DNA of 64,000 nucleotides from an uncultured bacterium (GCA_965372795.1 CBDVDR010000001.1:64001-128000); one strand, 5' to 3'; positions 8,210 to 19,928 are shown, counted from the stretch's first letter. The notes: generated by a model not told the origin, from the letters alone. Numbers and translations: made by a program.

Positions 8210-10138
8210 CTATAATAACTTCTTAATCTTCTCCGCTACCGAAGCCCCATCCAGTCCAATTAACTTATACAAATCGTTGGCAGATCCCGATGGAGCATAA
8301 TTTTCAACTCCAATTTTGATTAACTTAGTTGTCAAACCTTCTTCAAAAAGTTTCGCTGCTATCTGTTGTCCAAGTCCGGTTTTGACATTATGATCTTCAA
8401 GCACCACCAAATTATCTTCCGAGGCTAACAATTTCAGATCATCAGTATGAATCTCTGACCAATCTGATATAGAAACAAGTTTAATCTGAACCCCTTCTTT
8501 ATCCAATAACTGCCAGGCATCAAAGGCGTTGGCTAATATATTACCCGAGGCAGCCAGCACAACTTTGCTTCCATCCCTGATAAAATCAACCCGACCATGT
8601 TCATATTTATAGTTTTCCCCAAAGAACGGCTTGCCGTCAGAATCTGAAATAATATTCAATTTTGAGCGTCCCATTATAACCGCAAAATTACCCGGATTCG
8701 ACAATACATATCGCACTACGCGGTCGGTCTGGTTAGGGTCAGCCGGAGTGATAACTTTCCATCCAAAAGTTGAGTTTAATAAGCCGAAATAATCTATCGA
8801 CTGATGGGTTTTGCCATCCTCGCCAACATTAATACCGCAATGAGTACAGAATAATTTCATATTTGAATGATTGATATCATTCAAACGAGCCTGATTATAG
8901 GTTTCTGCTAAGGCAAACACGCCAAAATCCGCCCAGACTGAAACTGCTTTTTCAGCCGATAACGAACCGGCAGCCGTTGCCGTGCTATGTTCGGTAATTC
9001 CAAACTGGAAAAAGTTATCTGGATACTTTTTTTCAAATCCGGCAGTTTTCACCGATCCGGCAAGATCACAATCAAACACACCGATGTTAAAATCATCTTT
9101 AGACATATTAGCATCAGCCACATCAACCAGAGCATTGCCAAATGCCGAACGGTTATCAGTTTTTTCATCAATGGCGTAGATTCTCGGTTTACCCGGATCA
9201 ACCGTTGGATATTCAGAGCGGTCAATTTCAAAGACAGGCATCTTTTCATTCGACCTTTTAGCTTTCAAATCTTCAATATTATTTTTAAGCCCGCCGAGTT
9301 CTTCAAGGGCACCATCAAGCTCTTCCGGTTTGATCGGGGCGCCATGATAGCCTGCTTTGTTTTCCATGAATGAAACCCCTTTACCCATTATGGTTGAGGC
9401 AAGAATCATTGTTGGACAACTGTTATCATTTTTAGCATCTTTGAAAGCATTATAAATCTGATTTAAATCATGACCGTCTATTTCGACAACTTTCCAGCCA
9501 TCAGCTTTCCATTCATCTGCGATCGCCTGAGGCATAACATCCTCAATGCTGCCGGAAATTTGAAGCCGGTTATAATCAATAATTGCAGTAATATTATTTA
9601 TTTTATATTTTTTAGCAATCCGGCGCGATTCTGAAATCTGCCCTTTTTGCTGTTCACCATCGCCCATGAGAACATAAGTATGAAAATTCTGGTTTGTTAG
9701 TCTGCCATAAAGAGCTTTACCGATTCCCACAGATAAACCCTGACCCAAATTTCCAGTATCCCATTCTATTCCGGGAACCGATTGTTCAACATGACCCTCA
9801 AAAGGTGAGCCGGCTTTTCTGAAAAATGCAATGGCGTCTTCTCTATTAAAGTATCCTGCCGCTGCCAGCGATGAGTAGGCGCCCGGTGAAGTATGTCCGT
9901 TTGAAATAACAATTCTGTCGCGGTCATCCCGCTTTGGTTGTTTCGGGTCAACCTTTGCCATATTAAAAAGAGTCATATAAATTTCGATAAATGACATCGA
10001 TCCGCCGGGATGTCCCGATGATGCCAGAGTTGTCATTTTGAGAATATCGCCTCGTGCATTACGAGACATCTCAGATAATTTTTTGTGCCAATCATCCGGT
10101 AAAGATGGAAATTCAAATCCGCGCCAGTTATCAAACAT
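8210..10138 (-). CDS. tkt: Transketolase
   Basis: SGHPGGSMS, RDRIVISNGH, TGNLGQGLS, GDGEQQKG TPP motif, GEDGKTHQ. Confidence 0.93.
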   Translation of the reverse strand: MFDNWRGFEFPSLPDDWHKKLSEMSRNARGDILKMTTLASSGHPGGSMSFIEIYMTLFNMAKVDPKQPKRDDRDRIVISNGHTSPGAYSSLAAAGYFNREDAIAFFRKAGSPFEGHVEQSVPGIEWDTGNLGQGLSVGIGKALYGRLTNQNFHTYVLMGDGEQQKGQISESRRIAKKYKINNITAIIDYNRLQISGSIEDVMPQAIADEWKADGWKVVEIDGHDLNQIYNAFKDAKNDNSCPTMILASTIMGKGVSFMENKAGYHGAPIKPEELDGALEELGGLKNNIEDLKAKRSNEKMPVFEIDRSEYPTVDPGKPRIYAIDEKTDNRSAFGNALVDVADANMSKDDFNIGVFDCDLAGSVKTAGFEKKYPDNFFQFGITEHSTATAAGSLSAEKAVSVWADFGVFALAETYNQARLNDINHSNMKLFCTHCGINVGEDGKTHQSIDYFGLLNSTFGWKVITPADPNQTDRVVRYVLSNPGNFAVIMGRSKLNIISDSDGKPFFGENYKYEHGRVDFIRDGSKVVLAASGNILANAFDAWQLLDKEGVQIKLVSISDWSEIHTDDLKLLASEDNLVVLEDHNVKTGLGQQIAAKLFEEGLTTKLIKIGVENYAPSGSANDLYKLIGLDGASVAEKIKKLL

Positions 10139-10178
10139 CGTATTGCTGTTCCCTTTCCATGGAAAATTATTATATAAA

Positions 10179-10826
10179 CTAAAGAGCTTTTACCAAATCA
10201 ACTACCGCCTGGCGGTTCTCACTTTTATAGAAGGCGGTTCCCATTACTAAAATATCCGCACCTGCCTGGGCTACTGATTTAGCATTTTTGCTGTCGACTC
10301 CGCCATCAACCGAAATTTCGGTTTTTAATCCATTTTCATCAATATATGTTCGCGCCATTCTAACTTTTGGCAAGGCCGATTCAATAAATGATTGCCCGCC
10401 AAAACCAGGATAAACCGACATCACTAAAAGCAAATCAAAATATTTCAAAAAGGGAAGTAACGGCTCAATAGGAGTGTCAGGATTTAAAGATATGCCTGCT
10501 TTGATACCCATCTTATGAAGTTGCTCAGCAAATTTTATTGGATCCGGGTGAACTTCAATATGAAAAGTAATGCAATTTGCGCCCGCTTTTTTAAAGGCAT
10601 CAAAATAATTCTCAGGCTCGGACAACATCAAATGAACATCAAGAAATGTTTTGGTAACACTTTTGATCGATTTTACAATCGAAGGACCAAAAGAGATATT
10701 TGGTACAAAATGCCCATCCATTATATCAAGATGAAACCAGTCAATTTTTTTGTCATCGGAGTCTTTTATATCTGTTTCTAAATTTGTGAAATCTGCTGCA
10801 AGAATCGAGGGAGCGATTTTAGCCAT
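10179..10826 (-). CDS. rpe: Ribulose-phosphate 3-epimerase
   Basis: IAPSILAADF, HLDIMDGHFVPN, MSVYPGFGGQ, VDGG. Confidence 0.97.
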   Translation of the reverse strand: MAKIAPSILAADFTNLETDIKDSDDKKIDWFHLDIMDGHFVPNISFGPSIVKSIKSVTKTFLDVHLMLSEPENYFDAFKKAGANCITFHIEVHPDPIKFAEQLHKMGIKAGISLNPDTPIEPLLPFLKYFDLLLVMSVYPGFGGQSFIESALPKVRMARTYIDENGLKTEISVDGGVDSKNAKSVAQAGADILVMGTAFYKSENRQAVVDLVKAL

Positions 10827-11019
10827 ATGTCAATAATCCCTTATTTTTGTGTTCCGGCTTTCAACTATAAGTCCAAACAGAACTAATCGCAACCGATAAT
10901 CCAGAATTAAATAAAATTGAATAATTTGTTACTACACAGGTAATTATAGAAGAAAGCAATTTGAAACGAATCATGAAAACTTTCGTAAGTTAAATTAAAT
11001 AGCTCTTGAAAGGTTTAAT

Positions 11020-11223
11020 ATGGCAACTTATATTTTATGGATAATCCTTTTTGTTGTGTGCTGGCCTTTGGCGATTATAGCAATTGTTCTTTATCCGATT
11101 CTCTGGCTAATATTACTTCCCTTCAGAATATTGGGAATTGCTGTTGATGGAATCCTTGAATTAGTTCAGGCTCTTATTTTTCTTCCGGCACGGTTATTAG
11201 GGAGCCAGAAAAAATATAGTTAG
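11020..11223 (+). CDS. Small hydrophobic membrane protein
   Basis: 67 aa, LWIILFVVCWPLA...LWLILLPFR pattern; AAGG upstream. Confidence 0.65.
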   Translation: MATYILWIILFVVCWPLAIIAIVLYPILWLILLPFRILGIAVDGILELVQALIFLPARLLGSQKKYS

Positions 11224-11897
11224 ATTATTTTAGCGTTTGCAGGCTCTTTAATAACAAATTTCACGCGGCGTTTTTTCTGATTATCGATAATCAAAAGAAT
11301 TTTAAGAGAAAATATTTTCATTATTTTAATAGTATCATGAGTTTTATAACCAAACTGACTTTGAACTAAATAACTTTGCTCATTATATTTTTCTACTAAG
11401 CAACAAAACCTCTCTGCCCCATTGTTTTTGTAATAATCATAATACTCACTAAGCAGTTTAGCATATATCCCTTTCCCTCGTGATTCCGGTAATGTGAAAA
11501 CCCAGAAAAGATATGGCATTTTATCACCAAAGTCATAGTCCCAACCGGCACCATTAACATAACAATGACCCGAGGCTGACCACAAAACTGAGGAATATGG
11601 CTGATTATTTTCACCGCCAAGAAACACTTTGACCCCTTGTTCCAACAAACTTCTCACGTTCTCAATCGGCCGGCTGCTTACCCGCACAACCTCATCGATA
11701 TCATCAATAGTGGCGACTTTAACTGAAATATTATTATTAAGTTTGTTAGGGAAATTTAACTGCTTGGCAGTCATAAAATAGTACAAATTATAATCGATCC
11801 ACTCGGGTAATTGCAGGCTAACCTGATGAAGAAATCGGGAGAATTCACCCTTAAGAATCAGACGAATTAGTTTTGTAATTTTAGATAAAAATTTCAT
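11220..11897 (-). CDS. GNAT-family N-acetyltransferase
   Basis: VFTLPESRGKGIY acetyl-CoA motif A; NEQS...FGY. Confidence 0.75.
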   Translation of the reverse strand: MKFLSKITKLIRLILKGEFSRFLHQVSLQLPEWIDYNLYYFMTAKQLNFPNKLNNNISVKVATIDDIDEVVRVSSRPIENVRSLLEQGVKVFLGGENNQPYSSVLWSASGHCYVNGAGWDYDFGDKMPYLFWVFTLPESRGKGIYAKLLSEYYDYYKNNGAERFCCLVEKYNEQSYLVQSQFGYKTHDTIKIMKIFSLKILLIIDNQKKRRVKFVIKEPANAKII

Positions 11898-12007
11898 AAA
11901 TATTATCTTTATAATTCAAATTATCTAAACATTAAAATTCGTTGTAAAATTCTTTTTGACAAAGCTCATATCAATATAAATAACAGAATTTTTCTATTAC
12001 TTGTTCC

Positions 12008-12988
12008 TCACTTTTCATTTTCAAGCACTATCTTAGCATTGCGCTGTAAATTCACAAGTTTCGGTCGTACAAGGGGCGTTCCGGCAGTTATTTTCAAGAA
12101 ATCCTCCTGCGACTGCAAAGCCAAAACTTTCTTCGCCTTCAAAAATTCCCCGACTCCGTTCTGTTCGTCGAACTCCTTATGATTGGTCAATATAGCCCTT
12201 CCGTTGTGGGGACAGACGTCCTGACAAATATCACACCCGAAAATCTTATCACCGATTTTTTGCTTTAACTCCTCGGGAATCGTTGTCGGCCGCTCAATGG
12301 TCAAATATGAAATACATTTTTTCGCATCAACCACGCCATCTTCAATAATCGCACCGGTCGGGCAGGCATCAATACAACGGGTACATTTACCGCATTTTCC
12401 ATGATTTACAGCCCACTGATCATCTGATTCCAGTTCAATTGTAGTTACAATCTCTGCCAGAAAAAACCATGAACCGAACTGCCGATTGATAAGCATCCCG
12501 TTTTTCCCAATATACCCAAGTCCAGCTTTGGCTCCATAAGGCCGCTCGATAAACGGACCATAATCAACCCACCATTTAAACTGTTCGCGGGCTTTGGCTT
12601 TTGATTCATTATCAAATTTATCAATCGACGGATCAGCTGATTGCATCATTTTGAAAATCAAATGTTCTATTTTTTTCTTAATGACTTTGTGATAATCTTT
12701 ACCGCGGGCATATCGAGATACCCGACCATGACCTTTTGGAGTCTTTTCAGACACTTCCTGATAGTAGTTCAAGCCAAGCATAATGATGGATTTTGCATTA
12801 TCCATCAACATTGTAGGATCGGTCCGTCTGACAACATTTTTACCCAGCCAATCCATTTCACCCTGATAATTATTTTCAAGCCATTTCACATAATGATCTC
12901 TGGCTTCGGGAATCAAATCAGGAACTGTTATCCCGCATAAATCAAATCCGCAAGCATAGGCTAATTCTTTAATTTTAGAACTGTTCAT
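12008..12988 (-). CDS. queG: tRNA epoxyqueuosine reductase
   Basis: [49 protein letters not shown]. Confidence 0.96.
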   Translation of the reverse strand: MNSSKIKELAYACGFDLCGITVPDLIPEARDHYVKWLENNYQGEMDWLGKNVVRRTDPTMLMDNAKSIIMLGLNYYQEVSEKTPKGHGRVSRYARGKDYHKVIKKKIEHLIFKMMQSADPSIDKFDNESKAKAREQFKWWVDYGPFIERPYGAKAGLGYIGKNGMLINRQFGSWFFLAEIVTTIELESDDQWAVNHGKCGKCTRCIDACPTGAIIEDGVVDAKKCISYLTIERPTTIPEELKQKIGDKIFGCDICQDVCPHNGRAILTNHKEFDEQNGVGEFLKAKKVLALQSQEDFLKITAGTPLVRPKLVNLQRNAKIVLENEK

Positions 12989-13387
12989 TTTCACCAAGTT
13001 ATATATAACTCTTTATAAATCGTCTCATAATATACGTTTTTAAAAGACTACATGAAAGTATGTATTTATCTAAAACTAGATCAGTACTATCACCTATAAA
13101 TATAAGAAAAACCTTTATCATAAAATGAAAAACTTACAGTCTCACAACAATTTATTGCATTTTTCAACCTATATCAATTGACAAAATAATGCCGTATGGT
13201 TAACTTCCCCAAAAAGAAAAGTAATTTTGTGGGCTATTGAAAATGTATACGAAGCTTATCTTTGTTAGTGAAAGAATTCTCAACCTTCCTCTTCTGATAG
13301 TGATTGATTTATTCAATCCAAATCAATCCCATAAATATAATCTAATTATTAAAAATTTAATTTATATAATATTCGAAAGGAGCTGCG

Positions 13388-13879
13388 ATGAGCGCAGGTT
13401 TTTACCTTTTGGTCAGATTTGACAATCGGCAAAAACTACCGGAAATTATTAACAGACTCGATGAGTTGACGCAGGTCGACCATTGGAATGCGGTTGATGG
13501 TTTCTTTAGTTTAGTGCTGAAAGTAAATGATGATCCTGAATCGGTCGTTTCAAGCCTGAAAGAATTCGATGGATCGCTTCAGGTTGCAAAATGCGAATTA
13601 GTTTCGGATGTAAAAACGGTCGAAACTAAGGACGATTTTTTTCAAAGTTTTGTCTTTGCTGAATTGGACAAAACAAAAAAAGATGAAATTATTGCCAAAA
13701 TTGATAAATTTGATAATGTTGCTGCCTGTCATACAACTAAGGGCGATTATGATTTAGTTGCCTATGTTCAGGGAGAAACTTTCGATATTATAGACAGAAC
13801 TGTTGAAGATAAAATCCGAGTGATGGATGGGGTCCTGAGAATTAAACAGGACCGGATTATCACTCTTGATAAAATGTAG
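13388..13879 (+). CDS. Tandem Lrp/AsnC ligand-binding (RAM) domain protein without HTH
   Basis: Two RAM-like halves (AVDGFFSLV / TTKGDYDLV...KIRVMDGV); AAGGAG RBS. Confidence 0.7.
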   Translation: MSAGFYLLVRFDNRQKLPEIINRLDELTQVDHWNAVDGFFSLVLKVNDDPESVVSSLKEFDGSLQVAKCELVSDVKTVETKDDFFQSFVFAELDKTKKDEIIAKIDKFDNVAACHTTKGDYDLVAYVQGETFDIIDRTVEDKIRVMDGVLRIKQDRIITLDKM

Positions 13880-13889
13880 GAGTTGCCAG

Positions 13890-14402
13890 ATGGCTGCTAA
13901 CTTAGATGATAAACTAAAATCTTTCAATGTTGACCTTTGGAAGTATGACGGACAAGCCGGAGCATTGATTCCATTGCTTCAATCGGCTCAGGATACATAC
14001 GGGTATGTTTCTGAGAAAGCGATTGATTATATCAGTCATGTTACTGATATTCCTGCCGCCGATATTTACGGCGTTGTTACATTTTATGCCCAGTTCCGTA
14101 CCAAACCACTGGGTAAATATGTTGTAAAAGTTTGTAACGGTACTGCTTGTCATGTGAACGGCGCCCGCCCTATTGCTGACACAATCACTGATGAACTAAA
14201 CCTCGATTATGAAGAAACTTCAGAAGATAGAAATTTCTCGATGCTCTCACTTGCCTGCGTCGGATGCTGTTCGCTGGCTCCGGTTGTTTTAATAAATGAT
14301 GAAACATTCGGTCGCCTGACTCCGGCTAAACTTCGCAAGATTTTAAAAAAATACAAAATGCGCGCTAAAAAAGAACAACAAGCCGAACAAGGTGAAGGTT
14401 AA
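13890..14402 (+). CDS. NuoE/HydC-like 2Fe-2S subunit (StnA/BfuC-like)
   Basis: GVVTFY, CNGTAC, CVGCC; AGGAG before ATG 13890. Confidence 0.9.
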   Translation: MAANLDDKLKSFNVDLWKYDGQAGALIPLLQSAQDTYGYVSEKAIDYISHVTDIPAADIYGVVTFYAQFRTKPLGKYVVKVCNGTACHVNGARPIADTITDELNLDYEETSEDRNFSMLSLACVGCCSLAPVVLINDETFGRLTPAKLRKILKKYKMRAKKEQQAEQGEG

Positions 14403-14410
14403 GGATAATT

Positions 14411-16165
14411 ATGAAAACTGTAAAAGTTGGTCTGGGTACTTGTGGAATCTCTGCCGGCGGAGAAAAGGTTTTCAAAGCTTTTCAAGATGAGCTGAGAGAA
14501 AATCCGAACGCCTTTGTCCTGTCTGAAACCGGCTGTATCGGGATGTGCTACCGCGAAGTACTCGTTGAAATTACTAACGGAAGCGATACCGGTCATATGT
14601 ATGGCGAGATTACTCCCGACCGGGTCGGTGATATCGTCGAAAAAGATATTATCAATAACTCGGTTATTGATGAATGGCTGGTAAGCGGTGATAGAGAAAA
14701 AGGCTTCTTTGAAAATCAAACCCGAATCGTTCTCCGCAATTGCGGCGTTATTGACCCCGGTTCAATTGATGAGTATATCGCCCAGGGCGGATATGACGCT
14801 ATCAAAAAAGCTGTTACCGAGATGACTCCCGAAAGTGTCATAGCAGAAGTTGAAAAATCAGGACTAAGAGGTCGTGGCGGTGGTGGTTTCCCAACCGGAT
14901 TAAAATGGAAATTCACTCGCGGAGCCAAAGGCGATCAAAAATATATTATTTGTAACGCTGATGAAGGCGATCCGGGTGCCTTTATGGATCGTTCAATTCT
15001 CGAAGGTGATCCGAATGCTGTATTAGAAGGTATGATTATCGCCGGTTATGCAACCGGTGCCACCGAATCCTACGTTTACTGTCGCGCCGAATATCCAAAA
15101 GCAATCGCTCGTTTAAGACAGGCAATTGCTCAAGCGATAAAAAAAGGATTTCTCGGTGAAAAAATATTCGGGTCTGATTTTAATTTCATTATTAAAATCA
15201 AAGAAGGTGCCGGAGCTTTTGTTTGTGGTGAAGAGACTGCTCTTATTCACTCAATCGAAGGTAAACGCGGGATGCCGCGCTTCCGTCCGCCTTTCCCTGC
15301 CCAATCAGGACTCTGGGGTAAACCAACCAATATAAACAACGTAGAAACTTTCGCAAATATCCCCTGGATCATTATTAACGGCGGTGAAAAATACGCCTCC
15401 TATGGGACTGATGACAGCAAAGGAACCAAAGTTTTTGCGATGGCTGGAAAAATTAAACGATCCGGCTTGGTTGAAGTTCCGATGGGTATTACCATCAATG
15501 ATATTATTTTTAAAATCTGTGATGGCATCGTTGATAACAAAACATTTAAAGCTGTTCAGATGGGCGGACCTTCTGGTGGTTGTATCCCGGCTGAAATGTG
15601 CGATATCGAAATAGACTATCAGAAGATCAACAAAACCGGTGCTATTATGGGTTCCGGCGGTTTGGTCGTTATGGATGAGACAACCTGCATGGTTGATGTT
15701 GCGAAATTCTTCCTTGGATTCACTCAGGAAGAATCATGCGGAAAATGTACTTTCTGCCGAATCGGCACCAAACGGATGCTTGAGATTCTCGAAAGAATCA
15801 CCGAGGGTGACGGAACGATGGAAGACCTCGACAATCTCGATGAATTAAGTCATCAGATTTGCGATACTTCTCTCTGCGGACTTGGACAAACTGCTCCAAA
15901 CCCCGTTTTGACTACCCTTAAATATTTCCGACATGAATATGAAGCCCATATCAAAGACAAAAAATGTCCGGCTCATGTTTGTGCCCCGCTTCTGACTTAT
16001 ACTATCAACGATGCTTGTACCGGATGCGTCGTTTGTGCGAAAGCTTGTCCAACTGATGCTATCACCGGTGAAAAGAAAGAGCTACATTTTGTCCATCAGG
16101 ATAAATGTATTAAATGCGGAAAATGTTTCACTGTCTGCCGTTTTGATGCAGTGGTAAAGGATTGA
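14411..16165 (+). CDS. NuoF/HydB-like FMN/NADH-binding subunit (StnB/BfuB-like)
   Basis: GLRGRGGGGFP, NADEGDPGAFMDR, CGEETAL, CGKCTFC, C-terminal 2x[4Fe-4S], N-terminal thioredoxin-like 2Fe-2S. Confidence 0.93.
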   Translation: MKTVKVGLGTCGISAGGEKVFKAFQDELRENPNAFVLSETGCIGMCYREVLVEITNGSDTGHMYGEITPDRVGDIVEKDIINNSVIDEWLVSGDREKGFFENQTRIVLRNCGVIDPGSIDEYIAQGGYDAIKKAVTEMTPESVIAEVEKSGLRGRGGGGFPTGLKWKFTRGAKGDQKYIICNADEGDPGAFMDRSILEGDPNAVLEGMIIAGYATGATESYVYCRAEYPKAIARLRQAIAQAIKKGFLGEKIFGSDFNFIIKIKEGAGAFVCGEETALIHSIEGKRGMPRFRPPFPAQSGLWGKPTNINNVETFANIPWIIINGGEKYASYGTDDSKGTKVFAMAGKIKRSGLVEVPMGITINDIIFKICDGIVDNKTFKAVQMGGPSGGCIPAEMCDIEIDYQKINKTGAIMGSGGLVVMDETTCMVDVAKFFLGFTQEESCGKCTFCRIGTKRMLEILERITEGDGTMEDLDNLDELSHQICDTSLCGLGQTAPNPVLTTLKYFRHEYEAHIKDKKCPAHVCAPLLTYTINDACTGCVVCAKACPTDAITGEKKELHFVHQDKCIKCGKCFTVCRFDAVVKD

Positions 16166-16173
16166 GGTGAGCC

Positions 16174-19100
16174 ATGGTTAAACTTACTATCAACGGAAAA
16201 GAAATTTCGGCATCACCCGACAAAACAATTTTGCAGGTATGCCACGAACAAAACTTAGACACCATTCCAACCTTATGCTACGACAAGAAGCTTCCCCCTA
16301 TCGGTTCCTGCTTCCTGTGCGTAGTTGAAATGGAAGGACAGAAAAAACTGTTCCCTTCCTGTGCAACTAAAGTTGGCGAAGGAATGGTTCTTCACACTCG
16401 CTCAGAAAAAGTTGTCAGAGCCCGAAAAAGCTGTCTGGAACTTTTACTGAGTGACCACTATGCTGACTGTTTCGGTCCCTGTCGACTGAACTGCCCGGCT
16501 GATGTTGATATTCAGGGTTATATGTCCCTTATCAATCTTGGCAAATTCAAAGAAGCAGTCGCTTTGATTAAAGATAAAAACCCGCTTCCATCGGTTTGCG
16601 GGCGTGTCTGTACCCGTAAATGTGAAATCAACTGCCGCCGGTCAAGTCTTGATTCTCCGGTAGGGATTGATTTCCTCAAACGCTACGCCTCTGATCAGGA
16701 TATGATTGGTGAGATGTGGCAACCGGAAGTCAAACCGGACAATGGCAGACAAGTTGCCATTATTGGTGGCGGTCCGGCTGGATTAACAGCCGCTTATTAT
16801 CTGGTGATTGACGGCTATCGTCCAACCATATTTGAAGCTCTTCCCAAAATGGGTGGGATGCTTCGCTATGGAATCCCTGAATACAGACTTCCTAAAGATG
16901 TTCTTGATAAAGAAATCAACTGGATAACCTCAATGGGCGTTGATGTCAAAACTGATACCATGCTTGGTAGAGATATCTCTATTGATGGTCTTTTCAAAGA
17001 TGGTTTTGAAGCTATCTTTGTTGGTCTTGGCGCTCAGGTTGGAAAACCGATGTGGGTTGATAACGAAGATGCCGAAGGTGTTCTCTCCGGCGTTGAGTTT
17101 TTGAAACAAGTCGAGATGAAAACCAATCCTCCGGTCAAAGGCAAAGTTATCGTTGTCGGTGGTGGTAATACTGCTATTGATGCCGCCCGTACTTCTTTGC
17201 GTCTCGGGGCTGATGAAGTCATCCTTCTCTATCGCCGTACTCGCAAAGAAATGCCTGCAAATGAAATGGAAATCGTTGCCGCCGAAGAAGAAGGCGTCAA
17301 AATGGAATTCCTCGCCGCTCCGGTCATTATCAACAAAGACGACAATGGAAGACTAAAATCAATCAGTTGTCTTCGGATGGAACTTGGCGAACCAGATGAC
17401 AGCGGTCGCAGACGTCCGGTTAAAATCGAAGGATCGGAATATATTCTTGAATGTGATTGGGCTATTGCTGCCATCGGTCAGGAACCTGACCTTGAAGGTA
17501 TTGATGGCGACAAAGATATTGCTACTACTAAATGGAAAACTATTGATGCTAAAGAAGGCACCTTTAACACCGATCGCCCCGGCGTTTTTGCCGGCGGAGA
17601 TGTTGTTACCGGTCCGGCTGATGCTATTGATGCTATTGCTGCCGGTCGAATGGCTGCCCGGGCAATCCATAAATATATCACCAAAGGTGTAATCGAACCT
17701 CTGGCTGATCGTTTTGAAAGCAAAAGAGATAATTTCCACAAGATCACTGCCGATGATTTAAAAGAGATTGAAACCAGTGATCGCCACCATATGCCCGAAG
17801 TAGAAGCCGCTGACCGAATCAAAACATTTGATGAAGTCGAAACCGGCTATACTGATAAAATGGCTTTTGAAGAATCCCTGCGTTGCGCCGAATGCGGTTG
17901 CGATGTTGGCTTGGATTGTATCCTTCAGGATTACTGTACCGAGTACGGTGTCGAACAGGATCGTTTTATCGGTGCCTATAACCGCTACAAAGTTGACACC
18001 CGTCATCCGTTCATTAAAATTGATTCCAACAAATGTATCCGGTGCGGACGTTGTGTCGGTGTCTGTTCTGAAATCTTAAATGTCTCTGCCTTAGGCTTTG
18101 TAAATCGCGGTTTCAAAACTATTGTGAAACCGGCTATGGAAAAAGCATTAAATCATACCAACTGCGTCTCCTGCGGTAACTGCATAGATGTTTGCCCGAC
18201 CGGCGCTTTGGTTGAAAAAATGCCGTTCCGCCGTAGTGGTCCCTGGCAGATGGAATCAGTCTTTAATGTCTGCAACTACTGTTCTGTCGGTTGTAACATT
18301 ACTCTTAATGTTAAAACTCCGGACATATTTTATGTAACCGGTGCTCCGCCTGATGAAGGTCCTAACAAAGGGGAACTTTGTGTTAAAGGTCGTTTTGGAT
18401 ACCAGCATTATCTCGACGGAAGCCGTATCACTAAACCGATGATTCGTAAAAATGACCAGCTTGTCGAAGCAAGTTGGGATGAAGCTTTTGAAGCTATCGA
18501 AAAAGGCTTCAAAAACATTTACGATGAACACGGTCGCGACTCGGTCTTTGTGTCAGCTTCTCCAAAACTGACTAACGAAGAGCTCTACCTTGCCGGTCGT
18601 CTCTCTCGTGACTCTATCAAGACCAACAATATCACTTCATTCCACCGTCAGATAAATGACGCCGACTATCATTCACTTGATGATATGATTGGAACAACCT
18701 TTGCTACGGTAGATGAAAAAGATATTGATAACGCCGACCTGTATATTTTCCTCGGTGGTAATCCAAGTTCTGAAAACCCGGTCCTTGGCTGGCAGATGAA
18801 ACGGAAGATGCGTCATGGCACCAAAGCTATTGTCATAAACTCGTCTGAAATTGATCTGGCAAAATATGCTTCTGCCTGGGCAGATAACCGCAGAGGAACC
18901 TCCACTGTTCTGTTAAACGGCATAATGGGTGAGCTGATTCGTCAGGGTAAAGTTGATGAATCTTTCTTAAATGATAAAACAACCAACTACGATCAGTTTA
19001 AAAAAGAACTAAGCAAAGTTGATCTGGAAGAAACCGCCAATATTACCGGCGTAACTTCTGATAAGATTAAACAGATTGTTGAAATTCTTTCTAACCCTGA

Positions 19101-19905
19101 TCAAAAAGTTGTTGCGGTATATAATATTGAAAGCCGAATTGACCGATCAACCAACGATCTGAAAGCTCTGATGTCTTTGCTTATGCTTTTAGGCAAAGTC
19201 GGAGTCGACGGTTCCGGCTTAGTTTTACTGAGCAATCAGTGCAACTTGAACGGGATGCAATCTTCCGGCTTTGATCGTCATATTCTCCCCGGTGGTACAA
19301 CCTTTGATGACCCTGCCGGTCTCAAAGAATTGTCGGCGGTCTGGCAGAATGACATCACCGAACTGTTTAAAACTTCCGGAATGAATTTCCAGAAGAAAGT
19401 TCGTGAAGATAAAATCCGCGCCGGACTTATTTTTGGCGAAAACCCGGCAGCAGCTGATGAGTTTAACAGTGCTGTTGATAAACTCGATTTCTTAGTCGTT
19501 GCCGATCTGTTTAAAACCGAAACGGCTCAGATGGCGGATGTTTTCTTGCCGCTGTCTTCATATCTTGAAACTGAAGGGCATCTCACCAAATGGGATGGCA
19601 CCTCGCAATATACTAATCCAATCGGAGAACCTCTGAATGGAATGAGTAACGTTGACATCATTAAACGCTTGTCGAAACTTCTCGGCAAAGAATTCCACTA
19701 TAATAAGTTTAATGAAATCGCCAGCGAACTTGATTATCTCAAGAAAAAACTCAGTCCTTCAATAAATGGCTCTTTCCCGACTTCTGACGGAAAAGCGCAT
19801 TTTGTTCTCTATTCTTCTGAAATTTCGTCAACTTCGGCAAAAATCACCGAAGTTATCGAGATAGATGCAAGAATTTCTAAAAGAACACAGACTATCAGGT
19901 CCTGA
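16174..19905 (+). CDS. Fused 2Fe-2S / GltD-like NADP(H)-FAD / NuoG-like subunit (StnC/NfnA-like)
   Basis: N-terminal 2Fe-2S; CGRVC; GGGPAG; GGGNTAID, YRRT; AGGD; 2x[4Fe-4S]; CNYCSVGC...LCVKGRFG; molybdopterin-fold remainder. Confidence 0.88.
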   Translation: MVKLTINGKEISASPDKTILQVCHEQNLDTIPTLCYDKKLPPIGSCFLCVVEMEGQKKLFPSCATKVGEGMVLHTRSEKVVRARKSCLELLLSDHYADCFGPCRLNCPADVDIQGYMSLINLGKFKEAVALIKDKNPLPSVCGRVCTRKCEINCRRSSLDSPVGIDFLKRYASDQDMIGEMWQPEVKPDNGRQVAIIGGGPAGLTAAYYLVIDGYRPTIFEALPKMGGMLRYGIPEYRLPKDVLDKEINWITSMGVDVKTDTMLGRDISIDGLFKDGFEAIFVGLGAQVGKPMWVDNEDAEGVLSGVEFLKQVEMKTNPPVKGKVIVVGGGNTAIDAARTSLRLGADEVILLYRRTRKEMPANEMEIVAAEEEGVKMEFLAAPVIINKDDNGRLKSISCLRMELGEPDDSGRRRPVKIEGSEYILECDWAIAAIGQEPDLEGIDGDKDIATTKWKTIDAKEGTFNTDRPGVFAGGDVVTGPADAIDAIAAGRMAARAIHKYITKGVIEPLADRFESKRDNFHKITADDLKEIETSDRHHMPEVEAADRIKTFDEVETGYTDKMAFEESLRCAECGCDVGLDCILQDYCTEYGVEQDRFIGAYNRYKVDTRHPFIKIDSNKCIRCGRCVGVCSEILNVSALGFVNRGFKTIVKPAMEKALNHTNCVSCGNCIDVCPTGALVEKMPFRRSGPWQMESVFNVCNYCSVGCNITLNVKTPDIFYVTGAPPDEGPNKGELCVKGRFGYQHYLDGSRITKPMIRKNDQLVEASWDEAFEAIEKGFKNIYDEHGRDSVFVSASPKLTNEELYLAGRLSRDSIKTNNITSFHRQINDADYHSLDDMIGTTFATVDEKDIDNADLYIFLGGNPSSENPVLGWQMKRKMRHGTKAIVINSSEIDLAKYASAWADNRRGTSTVLLNGIMGELIRQGKVDESFLNDKTTNYDQFKKELSKVDLEETANITGVTSDKIKQIVEILSNPDQKVVAVYNIESRIDRSTNDLKALMSLLMLLGKVGVDGSGLVLLSNQCNLNGMQSSGFDRHILPGGTTFDDPAGLKELSAVWQNDITELFKTSGMNFQKKVREDKIRAGLIFGENPAAADEFNSAVDKLDFLVVADLFKTETAQMADVFLPLSSYLETEGHLTKWDGTSQYTNPIGEPLNGMSNVDIIKRLSKLLGKEFHYNKFNEIASELDYLKKKLSPSINGSFPTSDGKAHFVLYSSEISSTSAKITEVIEIDARISKRTQTIRS

Positions 19906-19928
19906 TAAAATCTGTGTTTAGATTGCCT

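Noticed and set aside
13890..19905. Respiratory complex I, [FeFe]-hydrogenase or formate dehydrogenase
   Set aside because: No membrane Nuo subunits, no H-cluster motifs, and no Cys/Sec ligand at the molybdopterin site.
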